In this document: piece by piece, positions 10,017 through 21,124 of the stretch
How the letters are laid out: each line of letters opens with the position of its first letter
How positions within the stretch are numbered: the stretch's first letter is position 1
Assembly: GCA_963803975.1 (NCBI GenBank)
Contig: CAWDOY010000050.1
Span: 1 to 41,346 of the forward strand
Direction: 5' to 3'
DNA from: an uncultured delta proteobacterium
Lineage (GTDB): Bacteria > Desulfobacterota > WTBG01 > CAIYCZ01
DNA: 41,346 nt
The notes under the pieces: model-generated
Databases searched by the model: none
Seen by the model: only the letters and a program-made list of their open reading frames with translations
Told to the model about the DNA's origin: nothing
Position numbers and translations under genes: made by a program

Positions 10017-11138
10017 ATGATCAGTAATCCCAATAAAATTCTCATTATCCGCCTGAGCGCTATCGGCGATGTGCTGCGGGCGCTCCCGGTTCTGCGCACC
10101 ATAAAGCAGAACTTCCCGCGCTCCCACATTGCCTGGGCCGTGTCTGAGTCAGCGAAAGACCTCCTGCTCCATCATCCTGATGTTAATGAAGTTATTGTTG
10201 TTCCCCTGGCCGCGTGGCGCAGCCTGCTCAAATCAGGCCACATAATCAGGGCGGTTGGTGAAGTTGCCGCTTTCATCAAAAGCATAAAGGCCCGGCAGTT
10301 TGACCTCACCATCGATTTTCACGGGCTGCTGAAAAGCGGTCTGATAAGCTATCTGAGCGGTGCGCCGGTACGCGTCAGCTTTACCCGGAAGTTTACCAGG
10401 GAGCTCAATTTTCTCTTCAACAACTGCCGGTTTCCGCTGGAAACAGATAAAATCAGCCGCATTGAGCGGAACTTCATGCTCCTGCAGAAGATGGGGCTGA
10501 AGATTATTGATGATTATCCGGTGATACCAATCAGCGAGTATGACCGGGCAGCGGTCAGAACCTTTTTCAAACAGAGCCAAATTGACCTTTCCCGGCAGCT
10601 CGTTGTTATGCATCCGGGCACCAGCCCGAAAACCCTCTACAAGCGCTGGGAGCCCCATCGCTATGCCGTGGTCGCCGACCAGCTCATTGAAGATTATGCC
10701 GCACAGATCATATTTACCTGGGGCGGCAGCGAGCTTGCAACCGTGCAGGAGATTACCGCCGTGATGAAATACCGGGCCCACGTTGCCTGCGAGACCAAAA
10801 ATCTTGGCCAGCTGGCCGAGATTTTCCGGCACTGCGATCTCTACGTGGGCGGCGACACCGGGCCCATGCATCTGGCGGCCTTTATGAAGGTGCCGGTGGT
10901 GGCAATCTTCGGCCCCACCGACTATATCGTGAATGCACCCTACAAAAAGACCAAACACATCATCATCCGCAAGGAGATTGCCTGCAGCCCCTGCCGGGTT
11001 CGGGACTGTAAAAAGCGCGACTGCATGAAAGCCATTCAGGATGAGGACGTGATTCAGGCCGCGCGCCTCATTCTCAATGCGGGAAGGAGCCAGCACGATG
11101 CTCCCCCGCCGGAAGCCCTGACCAACAACAACTGGTAG
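10017..11138 (+). CDS. LPS heptosyltransferase, GT9 family (WaaC/WaaF-like)
   Basis: ILIIRLSAIGDV, DFHGLLKS and GDTGPMHLAA...AIFGPT motifs. Confidence 0.92.
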   Translation: MISNPNKILIIRLSAIGDVLRALPVLRTIKQNFPRSHIAWAVSESAKDLLLHHPDVNEVIVVPLAAWRSLLKSGHIIRAVGEVAAFIKSIKARQFDLTIDFHGLLKSGLISYLSGAPVRVSFTRKFTRELNFLFNNCRFPLETDKISRIERNFMLLQKMGLKIIDDYPVIPISEYDRAAVRTFFKQSQIDLSRQLVVMHPGTSPKTLYKRWEPHRYAVVADQLIEDYAAQIIFTWGGSELATVQEITAVMKYRAHVACETKNLGQLAEIFRHCDLYVGGDTGPMHLAAFMKVPVVAIFGPTDYIVNAPYKKTKHIIIRKEIACSPCRVRDCKKRDCMKAIQDEDVIQAARLILNAGRSQHDAPPPEALTNNNW

Positions 11139-11166
11139 ACATATCCTTATTCCGGAAACAACCACG

Positions 11167-11937
11167 ATGTGTGCAGCGACGATATCGGCAACAATCATAA
11201 CCTATAATGAAGAAAAAAATATCGGCCAGTGCCTGGAAAGCATTGCCTGGGTCGATGAAATTATTGTGGTTGATTCGATGAGCACTGACCGGACCGTTGA
11301 CATATGCCGCGGCTACACGCAAAAAGTGATTCAGCGGCCGTGGCCCGGGCATGTTCAGCAGAAGCAGTTTGCCCTTGAGCAGGCAACCGGAGACTGGATA
11401 TTGAGCCTTGATGCTGACGAGCGGCTCTCCCCCGAAGCGCGCCAGGAGATTACCGCGGAGCTTGGCAGCGTGCCCCCTGACATCGACGGCTTCATATTCC
11501 CCCGCCATTCCTTTTATCTTGGCCGCTGGATCAATCATGGCGGCTGGTACCCTGACTATAAGCTGCGGCTGATACGAAAAGGAAAAGGCAGATGGGGCGG
11601 CATAGACCCCCATGATAAATTAGAGGTGGAGGGAAAGACCAGAACGCTGAAAAGCGATATTCTCCACTATGTGTACCGCAACCTCTCCCACCAGCTCGCA
11701 ACCGTTGACTCGTTTTCCGCCATCACGGCGCGGCAGTGGCAGGAACAGGGCAGAACATTCCGCCTGCTGCCGCTTCTGGTGCGGCCGCCGCTGAAATTTT
11801 TTGAATGCTATTTCTGGAAAAAAGGCTTCCTTGACGGCCTGCCCGGTTTTATCATTGCGGTAGCCTCTTCCTTCTATGTATTCCTGAAATACGCCAAGCT
11901 CTGGGAAGAAGAGCGCCGCTCGGCTTCTGACGCATAG
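11167..11937 (+). CDS. GT2 glycosyltransferase (WaaE/KdtX-like)
   Basis: TYNEEKNI, VDSMSTDRT, WILSLDADE, WYPDYKLRL and GFLDGLPG motifs. Confidence 0.92.
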   Translation: MCAATISATIITYNEEKNIGQCLESIAWVDEIIVVDSMSTDRTVDICRGYTQKVIQRPWPGHVQQKQFALEQATGDWILSLDADERLSPEARQEITAELGSVPPDIDGFIFPRHSFYLGRWINHGGWYPDYKLRLIRKGKGRWGGIDPHDKLEVEGKTRTLKSDILHYVYRNLSHQLATVDSFSAITARQWQEQGRTFRLLPLLVRPPLKFFECYFWKKGFLDGLPGFIIAVASSFYVFLKYAKLWEEERRSASDA

Positions 11938-11941
11938 ACCC

Positions 11942-13629
11942 ATGACCATTCATTCATCACTCGCTGCAGCGCACCCCTCATTCACCGCATTCAGGAAAAA
12001 TAAGACTTCCTGGACCATGCGCGCGGATGTTGTTTCAGTACTGCCCGAAAACCTCCTGCCGTTATTACATCACGCTGAACAGCATCCGGGGCTCTCCCTG
12101 CTCCGGGAGAATAACGTGCGCGCTTCTTTTTTTCTCAAGCTTCCCCAGGGCGGAGAACTCTTCATCAAGCGCTACAAGGTGCGGGGTTTGCCGGACATAA
12201 TTAAATATATGCTGCTGCCGTCAAAGGCGGCCGCAGAGTGGAGAACGCTTCGGCGCTGCGCTGAGAGCGGGCTGCCGGTGCCCCAGCCGGTTGCCATGGC
12301 AGAAAAAAAGAGCGGCCTGGCGCTGGAAGACAGCTGCCTGGTTGTTGAAGCCCTCACTGACGCGCTGCCGCTGAACGACTATTTTGAGCGCATGTTGCCT
12401 GCGCTCGCGCCTGCGGCTGCACGGCAGATGCGGACGTCTCTGGCAACAACGCTGGCGCATCTCGCGCACGAGGTCCATGGCAGGGGAATATTTTACCGGG
12501 ACCTCCATGCCGGAAACATTCTCATCCGCAGCAGATGCTGTTGGAGCGTATGAGCTGTTTCTCATCGACCTGCACCGGGCGCTCTTCCCGGTCCGGCTTA
12601 TGCAGTGGATGAAGGTGCGGGACCTGGCCCAGCTCTGCAACTCTCTTCCGGAATCCGCCGTAGACCGGGATATCTTCCTGCGGGAGTATTGCCGTGAAGC
12701 GCTGTGCGATGAAACAGCATTTCGTTCATCAATTGCAGCAGCATCCCGCGACATGGCGGCGCGGCGGCTGAAGAGCCGCGGTAAACGCTGCACGAAAAAC
12801 AGCACGACCTTTGAGGTATACGCGGGCGTTCCGGGAGCAGTACTGCGGCCGCCGGGATTTTGGCAGGCAGGCGTGCAGGAAAGCAATTGAAGAGCACCAT
12901 GGGGCAGTTGCGCACCATCAGGCGCAGATACTCAAGCAGTCAAAAAATTCCGTCATCACCTTCCATGAAAAATCAAGCGGCCTGCCCACGGATGCCTGCG
13001 TCAAGCATTACCAGTATCGCGGCATCAGGTATGTCCTGAAAAGCCTGTTCGCCAAAACCCGGGCGCGAAAAAGCTGGATCGCGGGAAACGCTCTCCTGGT
13101 GCGGGGCATCAGCACCCCCCTGCCTCAGGCGCTGGTGGAGCGAAAGTTCGGGCCGTTTGTTGTGGAGAGCTTTCTTGATAACGCAGTGGCTTGAAGGCGC
13201 CCGGGAGCTGAACGACTACGTCACCCACCTTGATCAGAAGAGCGTTTCTGCAGCGGTTAAACATGCGTTCATTACATCTCTTGCCGAAACAGTACGGGAC
13301 CTCCATGAAAAGGGAGTGTATCACGCGGACCTGAAGTCCACCAACATCCTGGTGCAGGAGCAGGCAGATTCAGCCTGGCGCTTCAGCTTTATTGATCTCG
13401 ACCGGGTGGCATGTAAAGATAGCCTTTCATTTTATGAGCGCGCCAATAACCTCGCGCAGATAAACGCTTCGGTAGCACGCTTGGTCGACTGCAAAAGAGC
13501 GCTTGAAATTTTTCTTCTGTTTACGCTAAAGGAACTGAGCTTTTTAGAGAGCGGAAAAAATATTACCGGGAAATTTTAAAGATCAGCCGCGCCAAGAACA
13601 CTGCACCTTTTGGCGTTATTTTTCGTTAA
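11942..13629 (+). CDS. LPS kinase (InaA/WaaP/KdkA family) with two tandem kinase domains; several frameshifts
   Basis: YRDLHAGNIL/LIDLHR in the first half and YHADLKSTNIL/FIDLDR in the second half, spread over overlapping ORF fragments. Confidence 0.8.
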
Positions 13630-13686
13630 ACATAACCGCAGAGCACCATAGCAGGATAATCCTCTCAGGTTATTTACTAATCGGCC

Positions 13687-14820
13687 ATGAAAATACTGCA
13701 CATATTCAGCAACTGGAAGTGGACCGGACCGGCAGAGCACGCGCTGAACACCGCCGTCATGCTCAAGCGCGCGGGGCACGAGGTGACGTTTGCCTGCGCA
13801 GCGCCGCCCGCGGAAGCGCCCGAATCCCTTGCCGCGGCAGCCATAAAGGCCGGGATCATCCCGGTCACCGCGTTTGCCCTCAACAAGCATTTCAACCTGT
13901 ACGCACAACTTCTCTGATATATTCAGGCTGCGGTCATTTCTCAAGAAAGAGAAGTTTGACCTGATCCACACCCACATGACCAACGACCATCTTCTGGCAG
14001 GATGTGCCGCCCGGCTCATAAAGGGAAGACCGCCGATTGTCCGCACCTGCTATGACGGCACCGGCATCAGGAGAACGCTGAAAAACCGGCTGCTGCTGTC
14101 AGCGATGACCGACGGCCTGATAACCATCTCTGACAGCACCCGCAGGCAGATCATGGGTCATTATTCAGTGCCGGCAAAAAGGATCTGGAAGGTGCACGTC
14201 CCGGTAGACCTTGCCCGGTTCAATCCTCAGGCAATAGAGAACTGCCGGGCTCAGTACCGGCTCTCACCTGATGACATTGTGGGCGGGATTGTGGCGCGGG
14301 TGCAGAAGCACCGGCGCTTCGGCGTGCTGCTGGAGGCGCTGGCGATAGTGCTGCGGGAGTTTCCCCAGCTGAAATTCATGATTATCGGCCGCGGCACCCA
14401 CATAGAGGAGATCGCCGTAAAGCCGTCGATGAAAATGGGCATACGGCCCAATCTCATCTTTACCGGCTATAAGGCAGAGGACTTTACTGCGAAACCCTTG
14501 CCTGCCTCAACTTCAAGGTGTTCCTGGTGCCGGGAAGCGACGGGGCCTGCCGCGCGGTGCGCGAGGCAATGGCGCTGGGCATCCCGGTGATTGCAGCCAA
14601 CAGGGGCATGCTGCCGGAGATTGTTGAAAACAACCGTGAAGGCCTGATTATTGATGACCGCCCCGAGAACCTGGCAGACGCCATAATGACCCTTGTTGAA
14701 AATCCCGGCATCCGCCAGGCGATGGGGCAGAATGCCCTGGAAAAAGCCCGGGAGGAATTTGATCTGGAGACGCAGGCCAAAAAGATCGAGCAGATTTATC
14801 AGGAGGTCAAAAGGCATTGA
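13687..14820 (+). CDS. GT4 glycosyltransferase; two frameshifts
   Basis: MKILHI...GPAEHAL, DLIHTH and EAMALGIPVIAANRGMLPEIV motifs. Confidence 0.88.
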
Positions 14821-14849
14821 CCCCGACAGTTCCGATTCACCGCTGAGAT

Positions 14850-15250
14850 CGCCCCTCGGCCATGAGCTCTGGGCCGAATGGCAGAGTTCGCTGAGAATTA
14901 TCTATTCATTGTCTGTTGCCTATTGTCTTTGCTCCATTGCCTGTTGATCTGCAATATAGCAGTCAATTCCGATTGAGAGCCCTGCATGAGCTAGGGGCTG
15001 AAAGCAAGTTGAAGGAATTATCTATTACTACTGCCTATTGCCTATTGTCTGTTGCCTATTGCCTTTTTCCATTTCGCAATCTGCAATCTTAAATCTGCAA
15101 GTCTTGTGCCTATGCTGCACGAGCCGTTCGCCCTGAGCTACGGAATTTCTTTGTGCCTGTGCCTGCCCCGAGCGCAGTCGAGGGGTGCCTTATGCCTCTT
15201 TGCCTTTTATCTCGAATCACGAGACACCGGTCACGAGCCACGTTTCAGCT
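14850..15250. repeat. Intergenic mosaic of 7-bp repeats (TGCCTAT) and REP-like palindromes
   Basis: ctgcctattgcctattgtctgttgcctattgcc at ~15031-15063 and CCCCGAGCGCAGTCGAGGGG at 15166-15185; no credible ORF. Confidence 0.6.
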
Positions 15251-15441
15251 GACGACTGAAAGCTTCTATATAAGTAAAGGCGAAAGCGGCAAGATACCGG
15301 AGAAACCATGGGCGTCACGTCTACACTCTTGACAGAGCATATAAGCACTGAGTAACGAGTGATGAGTGCTGAGTTAAAATAGAAGAGAGTAAAAAATAAT
15401 CAGCGCTGCACTTGGTCCTTTTAAGAGAGAGGAGGATTGTC

Positions 15442-16102
15442 ATGAAAAAAGCATCGGGCAGACTGGCGTTTCTTTGCTGCGCAGTTATTTTTTTGTGGGC
15501 ATTGGCAGGATGTAATAACAGCTTCACCGTGACACTGGATAAGGACAGCTATACGGCCGGAGACAATGGTACTGCAACGCTCAGCAATAAGGGACCTGTT
15601 ACAGCATATCTGCCGGGCTGCAGCCAGTTTTCCTATGAAAAGCTGGTTGACGGCCAGTGGACGGACCAGGGTCCCGCGGTGGTCTGTGTGTGGGAGGGCA
15701 ATGTGGTGCCGGTTGCTGCAGGAAGCTCGCACGAGTCGGCGTTTACTGCAAAAGATGCCGGTACCTGGCGGCTCCGGTACCTGGCTGCGTTCGGCTGCAC
15801 TGAAGGTAAACCCATGAGCGAGGCGGACTGCACAGTCGCAGATTACCATCTATTCTCCGCAGTTTCAGGTAGCAGCAGTCGCGCCTGAAACAGGGTGTCT
15901 GGAATCAGGCGGAACAATAAGCACGGCGCGCTGCTGCCAGAGCAGCGGCGATTTCCCCAACACGTGCATGATCGGCGCCTGCGGGTGCGCGCCCGAGTAC
16001 AGCCATGAAGTGTCTGTATGCATATGCCCTGATGATATGTGCTTTGACGGCACCGCATGCGTGAAGCGAACAGAAAACAGGGACGGCGTGGCTCGTGAAT
16101 AG
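15442..16102 (+). CDS. Lipoprotein with Ig-like N-terminal domain and Cys-rich C-terminal domain; frameshift near 15840
   Basis: Lipobox LAGC after a hydrophobic signal, with GAGGAGG RBS. The shifted frame gives GCLESGGTISTARCCQSSGDFPNTCMIGACGCAPEYSHEVSVCICPDDMCFDGTACV, ending at TAG 16102. Confidence 0.7.
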
Positions 16103-16334
16103 TCCACCTCGGCAGTGCTATAAACAAACGTATTAGTAATTGCTAAGTATACATCTGAATTTGGTCTTGCCAGCTTTACGGTGCTACGGAGTACGGGTGA
16201 CCAGTGTTTCGTGTTGAACGCTGAGCTAAAAAAAGAGGCGAAAAGTTTACCATACCTTTTCACCTCTTTATCTCTTTACCTTTTTACCTATTCACCAATA
16301 TAATAGGGCCAGAGACCGTCTGGTTTACAAGACA

Positions 16335-16808
16335 CTAAAATGCGTCGAGGGTTAGCGAATACCGATGCGGCCCCTCTTCAACAGAGGCTAATAAGCCACT
16401 CATTACGACAATAAAAGCGGAATCATAGAAACGTGCAGCAAGTCTTAAGGTTTTGGGGGTAACGCCAACATTAGCCCCGTATTGCGTGCCTATCTGGATC
16501 GTGCTGTACCCTCCCACCTGCATAACGCCAAACAGTTCTCCGCTGGTATCGGTTTTGCTTACCGTGACAGCAAAATTGCCAGTTCCGTAAATCACCACAG
16601 GGATTATCATGATAGCCGGGTATAACTCGGAATCAACAGTATAGGTTTTTGTCTGCCCGGGCACCATGACTGCAAACGCAGCAGTTATTGGCCCGGCAGA
16701 CACTTGCTCGACCTCTGCTGACCATGCAATCCCCGGTGTGATAATGCACATCAGAAGCAGTACCGGCAGAACCCGCCGTATGGTTTCTGTTTTATAGATT
16801 CTCTTCAT
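16335..16808 (-). CDS. Secreted hypothetical protein (paralog of 16906-17373)
   Basis: Signal peptide and RBS; similar to the neighbouring ORF. Confidence 0.75.
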   Translation of the reverse strand: MKRIYKTETIRRVLPVLLLMCIITPGIAWSAEVEQVSAGPITAAFAVMVPGQTKTYTVDSELYPAIMIIPVVIYGTGNFAVTVSKTDTSGELFGVMQVGGYSTIQIGTQYGANVGVTPKTLRLAARFYDSAFIVVMSGLLASVEEGPHRYSLTLDAF

Positions 16809-16905
16809 AAATCATAACTCCTCTCCTGATCTACGCCACAGCCAGGGAAACAGTGCTGCAACAACTTCCCTGAATTGTTTAAAGTGCTGAGGTTTTCAAT
16901 CAGCG

Positions 16906-17373
16906 TTAAAAACTGAGTGAGACGCTATACCCATATGGCGGTTCTTCGAGAGAAAAGAGAAAACCGGTAATAACAAAGCCAAAGACCCATCCGTCATCCA
17001 AATTGGGGATCGCAGAGCTGATCCGCATCGTCACCGGAGTAATACCAATGCTGAAAGCAGAGGTCGGCACACCAGGAAAAAACTGATAGATGTAAACGAG
17101 TTCCCCCTCGGTATTGTTTCGGGACATGCTTGCAGAGAATGTTCCGCTCTCGCTCCCCTTCAGCGTTACCGGTATAACCTGAAAAGATAACGATGTATCC
17201 AGACCGGCACTCACCGTGGTTGATTGATTCTTCAGGAGAACTGCAAAATCAAAATCCACGTTTGATGTTTCAATATTAGACAGAGCATCATCGCCTGCTG
17301 CAAAACCAATCGAGCTGCATACAGGGAATAACAACAAGGCAATCATACAGCAGCTAACAAATATTTTCTTCAT
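16906..17373 (-). CDS. Secreted hypothetical protein (paralog of 16335-16808)
   Basis: Signal peptide and AGGAGG RBS; shared motifs GEL, G(V/I)TP(K/V)T and EE(G/P)PxxYS. Confidence 0.75.
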   Translation of the reverse strand: MKKIFVSCCMIALLLFPVCSSIGFAAGDDALSNIETSNVDFDFAVLLKNQSTTVSAGLDTSLSFQVIPVTLKGSESGTFSASMSRNNTEGELVYIYQFFPGVPTSAFSIGITPVTMRISSAIPNLDDGWVFGFVITGFLFSLEEPPYGYSVSLSF

Positions 17374-17720
17374 AAATTTCCTCCTGTTTGAGCATGGTTA
17401 CTATATAAAAAAATATTCTTTCCCCTATATTTTCTTATTTCCGCTGCCCAGCTTCATGAAAAAATGGATGCGGGATTTTATTCGGGTAGCTGGCATAAAA
17501 AAATATGTTTGTCTGCCTTGTGCCTTTGAGCCTTAATATCCAATAACTTCTGCATTGTCAATAAGTTTTATAATTCACTATTCATTATTTTTCAAACCAT
17601 ATTCTAAGTCATTAAAAAACCATCTCTGTGGAAGCACTGTGGCGACCAACAGGATTTTTTGTATTTTCTTGTATTATCCTCTATGCTTATTATATATAAA
17701 TAACAACTGAAATAAATGGC

Positions 17721-19967
17721 ATGCACGGTACTGACATAATGCAGGGTAATAACGAGACTAACCTTTCGGGCACCGCACGAGAGACTCAGCCTGAATGTTC
17801 GCGGGAACCATCTGTGCCGGGGGGTTCAGCAGCGGCATTTTTGGTTTTAATCTGTTTTAGCCTTCTGGCATTCTTACTCTATGCAAACTCTTTGAAAAAC
17901 GAGTTTGTCTTTGATGACATTCCGCTTATTGTAAAGAATTACCAAATACGGCAACTGGCTAATATTCCCGAGTTGCTGGGGCTGGGCACAACCGGCAGTT
18001 ATTACCGGCCCCTGCGAATTGTATCCTATGCTATCGATTATCATTTCTTTCAACTAAACCCGCAGGGCTACCATCTATCAAACATCCTCCTGCATAGCAT
18101 CACCGCCTGGCTTGTTTTTCTTACGCTGTACAGTCTTTCTAATAATTACACCATTGCCCTTGCAGCATCGCTGCTGTTCATAGTCCACCCCATTCAGACT
18201 GACAGCGTCACCTATCTTGCCGGGAGGCGGGATATCCTGTCATCGCTTTTTTACCTTCTGGGCTTTTACTTATTTATCAGGTATCGAAAAAAACCCACGG
18301 TTTTATTGCCGTCAGCAATTTTTTTATCCTATGCGCTCGCCGTCTCTTCCAAGGAAATGGCGGTTACGTTGCCAGCGCTGTGCTTTGTGTATGACTTTAT
18401 GGAAAGTTATGCAGCCCTGCCAAAAACAAAAACCGGCGCGCAGGATCATCTGCTTAAAAGAATTGTGGTCTGCATGCTGCAGCTGTGGAAGCGGCGGGTC
18501 TTTTTTTATTCCATCCTGCTGCTGGGGGCCGCTGCTTTTACCTATTACAAGGTTGCCGTTATGCCTCCATCGCTCCACCCCGGGTACTATGGAGGGACAT
18601 GGGCAACCAACTTCCTGACTGTGTCACGAATCATTATGTACTATCTGAAACTCATGCTCTTTCCCATTACCCTGAATGCGGACTATTCTTATAATGCTTT
18701 TCCGCTCACCACGTATCTGCTCGATCTTAAAGCATGGGCATCAGTACTTGCCCTCTGCGTAATTTTCTGGGCCGGCATAAGAGCGTTTCGATACAACCGG
18801 TTAATTACATTTTCCCTGGCATGGTTTTTTATTACCCTGCTTCCTGTTTGTCATATTATTCCCCATCATGAGCTCATGGCAGAGCACTACCTGTATCTCC
18901 CGTCAATCGGATTGTTTTTTCTGGCAGGGATAACCCTGTATACGTGGTGCAGGCAGAAACATCCGTATATCTTTTTCCTGATTGCCGGGCTGCTCATGGT
19001 GATTTTTTCAATGCGCACCGTGGACCGCAACCGGGACTGGAAAAATGCTCTCACGCTCTGGGAAAAAACAATAAAAACTGCACCTGCCTGTGCACGGGCA
19101 TTGAACAATATCGGGGTAGAATATTACAAACTTGGGGAGTACGACAAGGCAAGGGAAAGCTATATAAGGTCGCTGATACTGAAGCCGGACTTTCCTGATC
19201 CGTATCATAACCTTGGAAATATGCTTGCGGATAAAAAACTGTTCGACCTTGCAATAAAATGCTACCAAAAGGCATATTCTTTATGTCGTCCACGTGATGG
19301 CAAGGAAATACTGAACAGCTGTGGCATTGCATGCAGAAGCCGGGGAGACCTGAACGATGCAAAATGGCTATTTTCCCTGGCACTGAATTGTGGCCCCCCG
19401 TATGCAGAGGCCCACAGCAATCTGGGCACCGTCCTCCTCGCAGAAGGGAACCATGACCAGGCGCTGGCTGAACTGAACAAGGCGGTCAAAATTGACCCGG
19501 ATGTGCCTGAGTATCACAATAATCTGGGCACTGTTTTCCGGAAGACCGGCCTTCCCGCAAAAGCAGAACAAGAGTTTCGGGAAGCCATCCGGCTTAACCC
19601 GGACTTTATGGAAGCGCACAACAATCTCGGCAATGTATTAAAAGACCAGGGCCTGTACCGCGAAGCCATTGATGAATTCAGGCGCTGCATAGAACTTAAG
19701 CCTGACAGTGCAGAGGTATTTACCAATATGGGGATTGTCTATCGCAAGGCAGATCTCAGCAGAGAGGCAGTCGCTGCTTTCAATCAGGCAATAGAACTCA
19801 ATCCCGCCCTCGCATTGCCCCACCTGCAACTTGCGCTTATATACCTCTCCAGTGAAAAGGATAATGAGAAGGCTTTGTTTCATTTAAAAAAGACTCTTGA
19901 GCTGGAGCCGTCCTTACCGCAGGCTGGTTCAATCAGGACCAAGATTGCAGAGCTGGAGGGGAACTGA
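17721..19967 (+). CDS. TMTC-like GT-C membrane glycosyltransferase with C-terminal TPR array
   Basis: EFVFDD, YYRPL, HPIQTDSVTY, SKEMAV and AEHYLYLP in a multi-TM domain, followed by repeated AHNNLG-type TPRs. Confidence 0.85.
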   Translation: MHGTDIMQGNNETNLSGTARETQPECSREPSVPGGSAAAFLVLICFSLLAFLLYANSLKNEFVFDDIPLIVKNYQIRQLANIPELLGLGTTGSYYRPLRIVSYAIDYHFFQLNPQGYHLSNILLHSITAWLVFLTLYSLSNNYTIALAASLLFIVHPIQTDSVTYLAGRRDILSSLFYLLGFYLFIRYRKKPTVLLPSAIFLSYALAVSSKEMAVTLPALCFVYDFMESYAALPKTKTGAQDHLLKRIVVCMLQLWKRRVFFYSILLLGAAAFTYYKVAVMPPSLHPGYYGGTWATNFLTVSRIIMYYLKLMLFPITLNADYSYNAFPLTTYLLDLKAWASVLALCVIFWAGIRAFRYNRLITFSLAWFFITLLPVCHIIPHHELMAEHYLYLPSIGLFFLAGITLYTWCRQKHPYIFFLIAGLLMVIFSMRTVDRNRDWKNALTLWEKTIKTAPACARALNNIGVEYYKLGEYDKARESYIRSLILKPDFPDPYHNLGNMLADKKLFDLAIKCYQKAYSLCRPRDGKEILNSCGIACRSRGDLNDAKWLFSLALNCGPPYAEAHSNLGTVLLAEGNHDQALAELNKAVKIDPDVPEYHNNLGTVFRKTGLPAKAEQEFREAIRLNPDFMEAHNNLGNVLKDQGLYREAIDEFRRCIELKPDSAEVFTNMGIVYRKADLSREAVAAFNQAIELNPALALPHLQLALIYLSSEKDNEKALFHLKKTLELEPSLPQAGSIRTKIAELEGN

Positions 19968-20091
19968 GGCAGATAAAACAGAGCCACGCTGCAGAATTGT
20001 GCAGAGTGGCTTCTCCATGACCAGATTATAATTATTTTTTTACGCCGCTTCGCCTTTTGTTCTCTTGTGCCCTTGCCTTTTAACCTGCCTG

Positions 20092-20178
20092 CCCGCCGTA
20101 GCTTTGATAGCGAAGGCGGGTTGCCTATTTACTCTATTCACCTACCCCGAGCCGTGAGCTTGTCGAACGGTCGAGGGG
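20092..20178. repeat. Two REP-like palindromes between convergent genes
   Basis: CCCGCCGTAGC-tttgata-GCGAAGGCGGG (20092-20120) and CCCCGAGCCGTGAGCTTGTCGAACGGTCGAGGGG (20145-20178). Confidence 0.65.
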
Positions 20179-20181
20179 CCG

Positions 20182-21085
20182 CTATTTATACTCGTAAAAC
20201 CCTCTCCCCGTTTTCCTTCCCAGGTGCCCTACTTCCACCAGGCTCACCAGCAGCGGACAGGGCCGGTATTTCGGCTCCTTGAATCCGTCGTAGAGCGCCT
20301 GCTGCATGGACAGCACCACGTCAAGGCCGATAAAGTCCGCCAGCTCCAGGGGCCCCATGGGATGGTTCATGCCGAGCTTCAGCGCCATATCTATCTCTTC
20401 CCTGGTTGACACGCCTTCATACAAACAGAAAATCGCCTCGTTGATGAGGGTTTGAATCAGGCGGCTGGTAACAAAACACGGCCGGTCAGTCACTGTTATG
20501 GGTGACTTTACCCATCTCAAGCGCCAGGCGTTTAACAATCTGATACGTCTCCTCTGAGGTTGCGGGCGTCCGCACGATCTCCAGCAGCTTCATTTTCTGC
20601 GCCGGGTACATGAAGTGCATACCGATCACTTTCTCCGGCCGCTTTGTGGCGCGGGCAAGCCTGCCGACGGGCACGGAGCTGGTATTGGTGGAGAAAATAA
20701 CATGCGGGGCGCAGATCTTGTCCAGCGTTGAAAAGATATCAATCTTTGCCGCAGCGCTTTCCACCGCAGCCTCGATGATAAAATCCACTTTTGCCAGGTC
20801 CTCAAGGTTTTTTGAGAATGATATAAGAGACAGGACCCTGTCTTTGTCCTTTTTCTCAATTTTCCCGATTTCCACCGCCCGGCTGAGGTTGCCGGAGATC
20901 TCTTTCTGAGCCTTCTCAATCATCTCCTCGTAGGGTTCAACAACTATCACCCGGTACCCGGTCTGGGCTGCAACCTGGGCTATCCCCTTGCCCATCTGCC
21001 CGGCCCCGACCAGACCGATGGTGGTGATCAGTTTTTTTGCTGTCTTTTCACTTCTTTGCTTTGCAACCTTTTTTTGTGCTGTCAT
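20182..21085 (-). CDS. hbd: 3-hydroxybutyryl-CoA/3-hydroxyacyl-CoA dehydrogenase; frameshift near 20490
   Basis: GAGQMGKGIA, IEAAVE, STNTSS, GMHF and GMNHPMGPLELADFIGLD...GRKTGRGFYEY motifs. Confidence 0.92.
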
Positions 21086-21124
21086 ACGCTCATTTAACCT
21101 CTCACTGTTTATTAATCTATCGAT

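Noticed and set aside
10233..11198. Long antisense ORFs (e.g. 321 aa here, 243 aa at 23837-24568)
   Set aside because: They are shadows of well-supported genes on the opposite strand, with no recognisable motifs.
14821..15380. CRISPR array
   Set aside because: There are no constant 23-47-bp repeats with unique spacers and no cas genes; only short-period degenerate repeats.
16117..16130. 14-mer GCTATAAACAAACG repeated at 34481-34494, both shortly after stop codons
   Set aside because: A few exact 14-mer matches are expected by chance in 41 kb, and the flanks do not extend collinearly.
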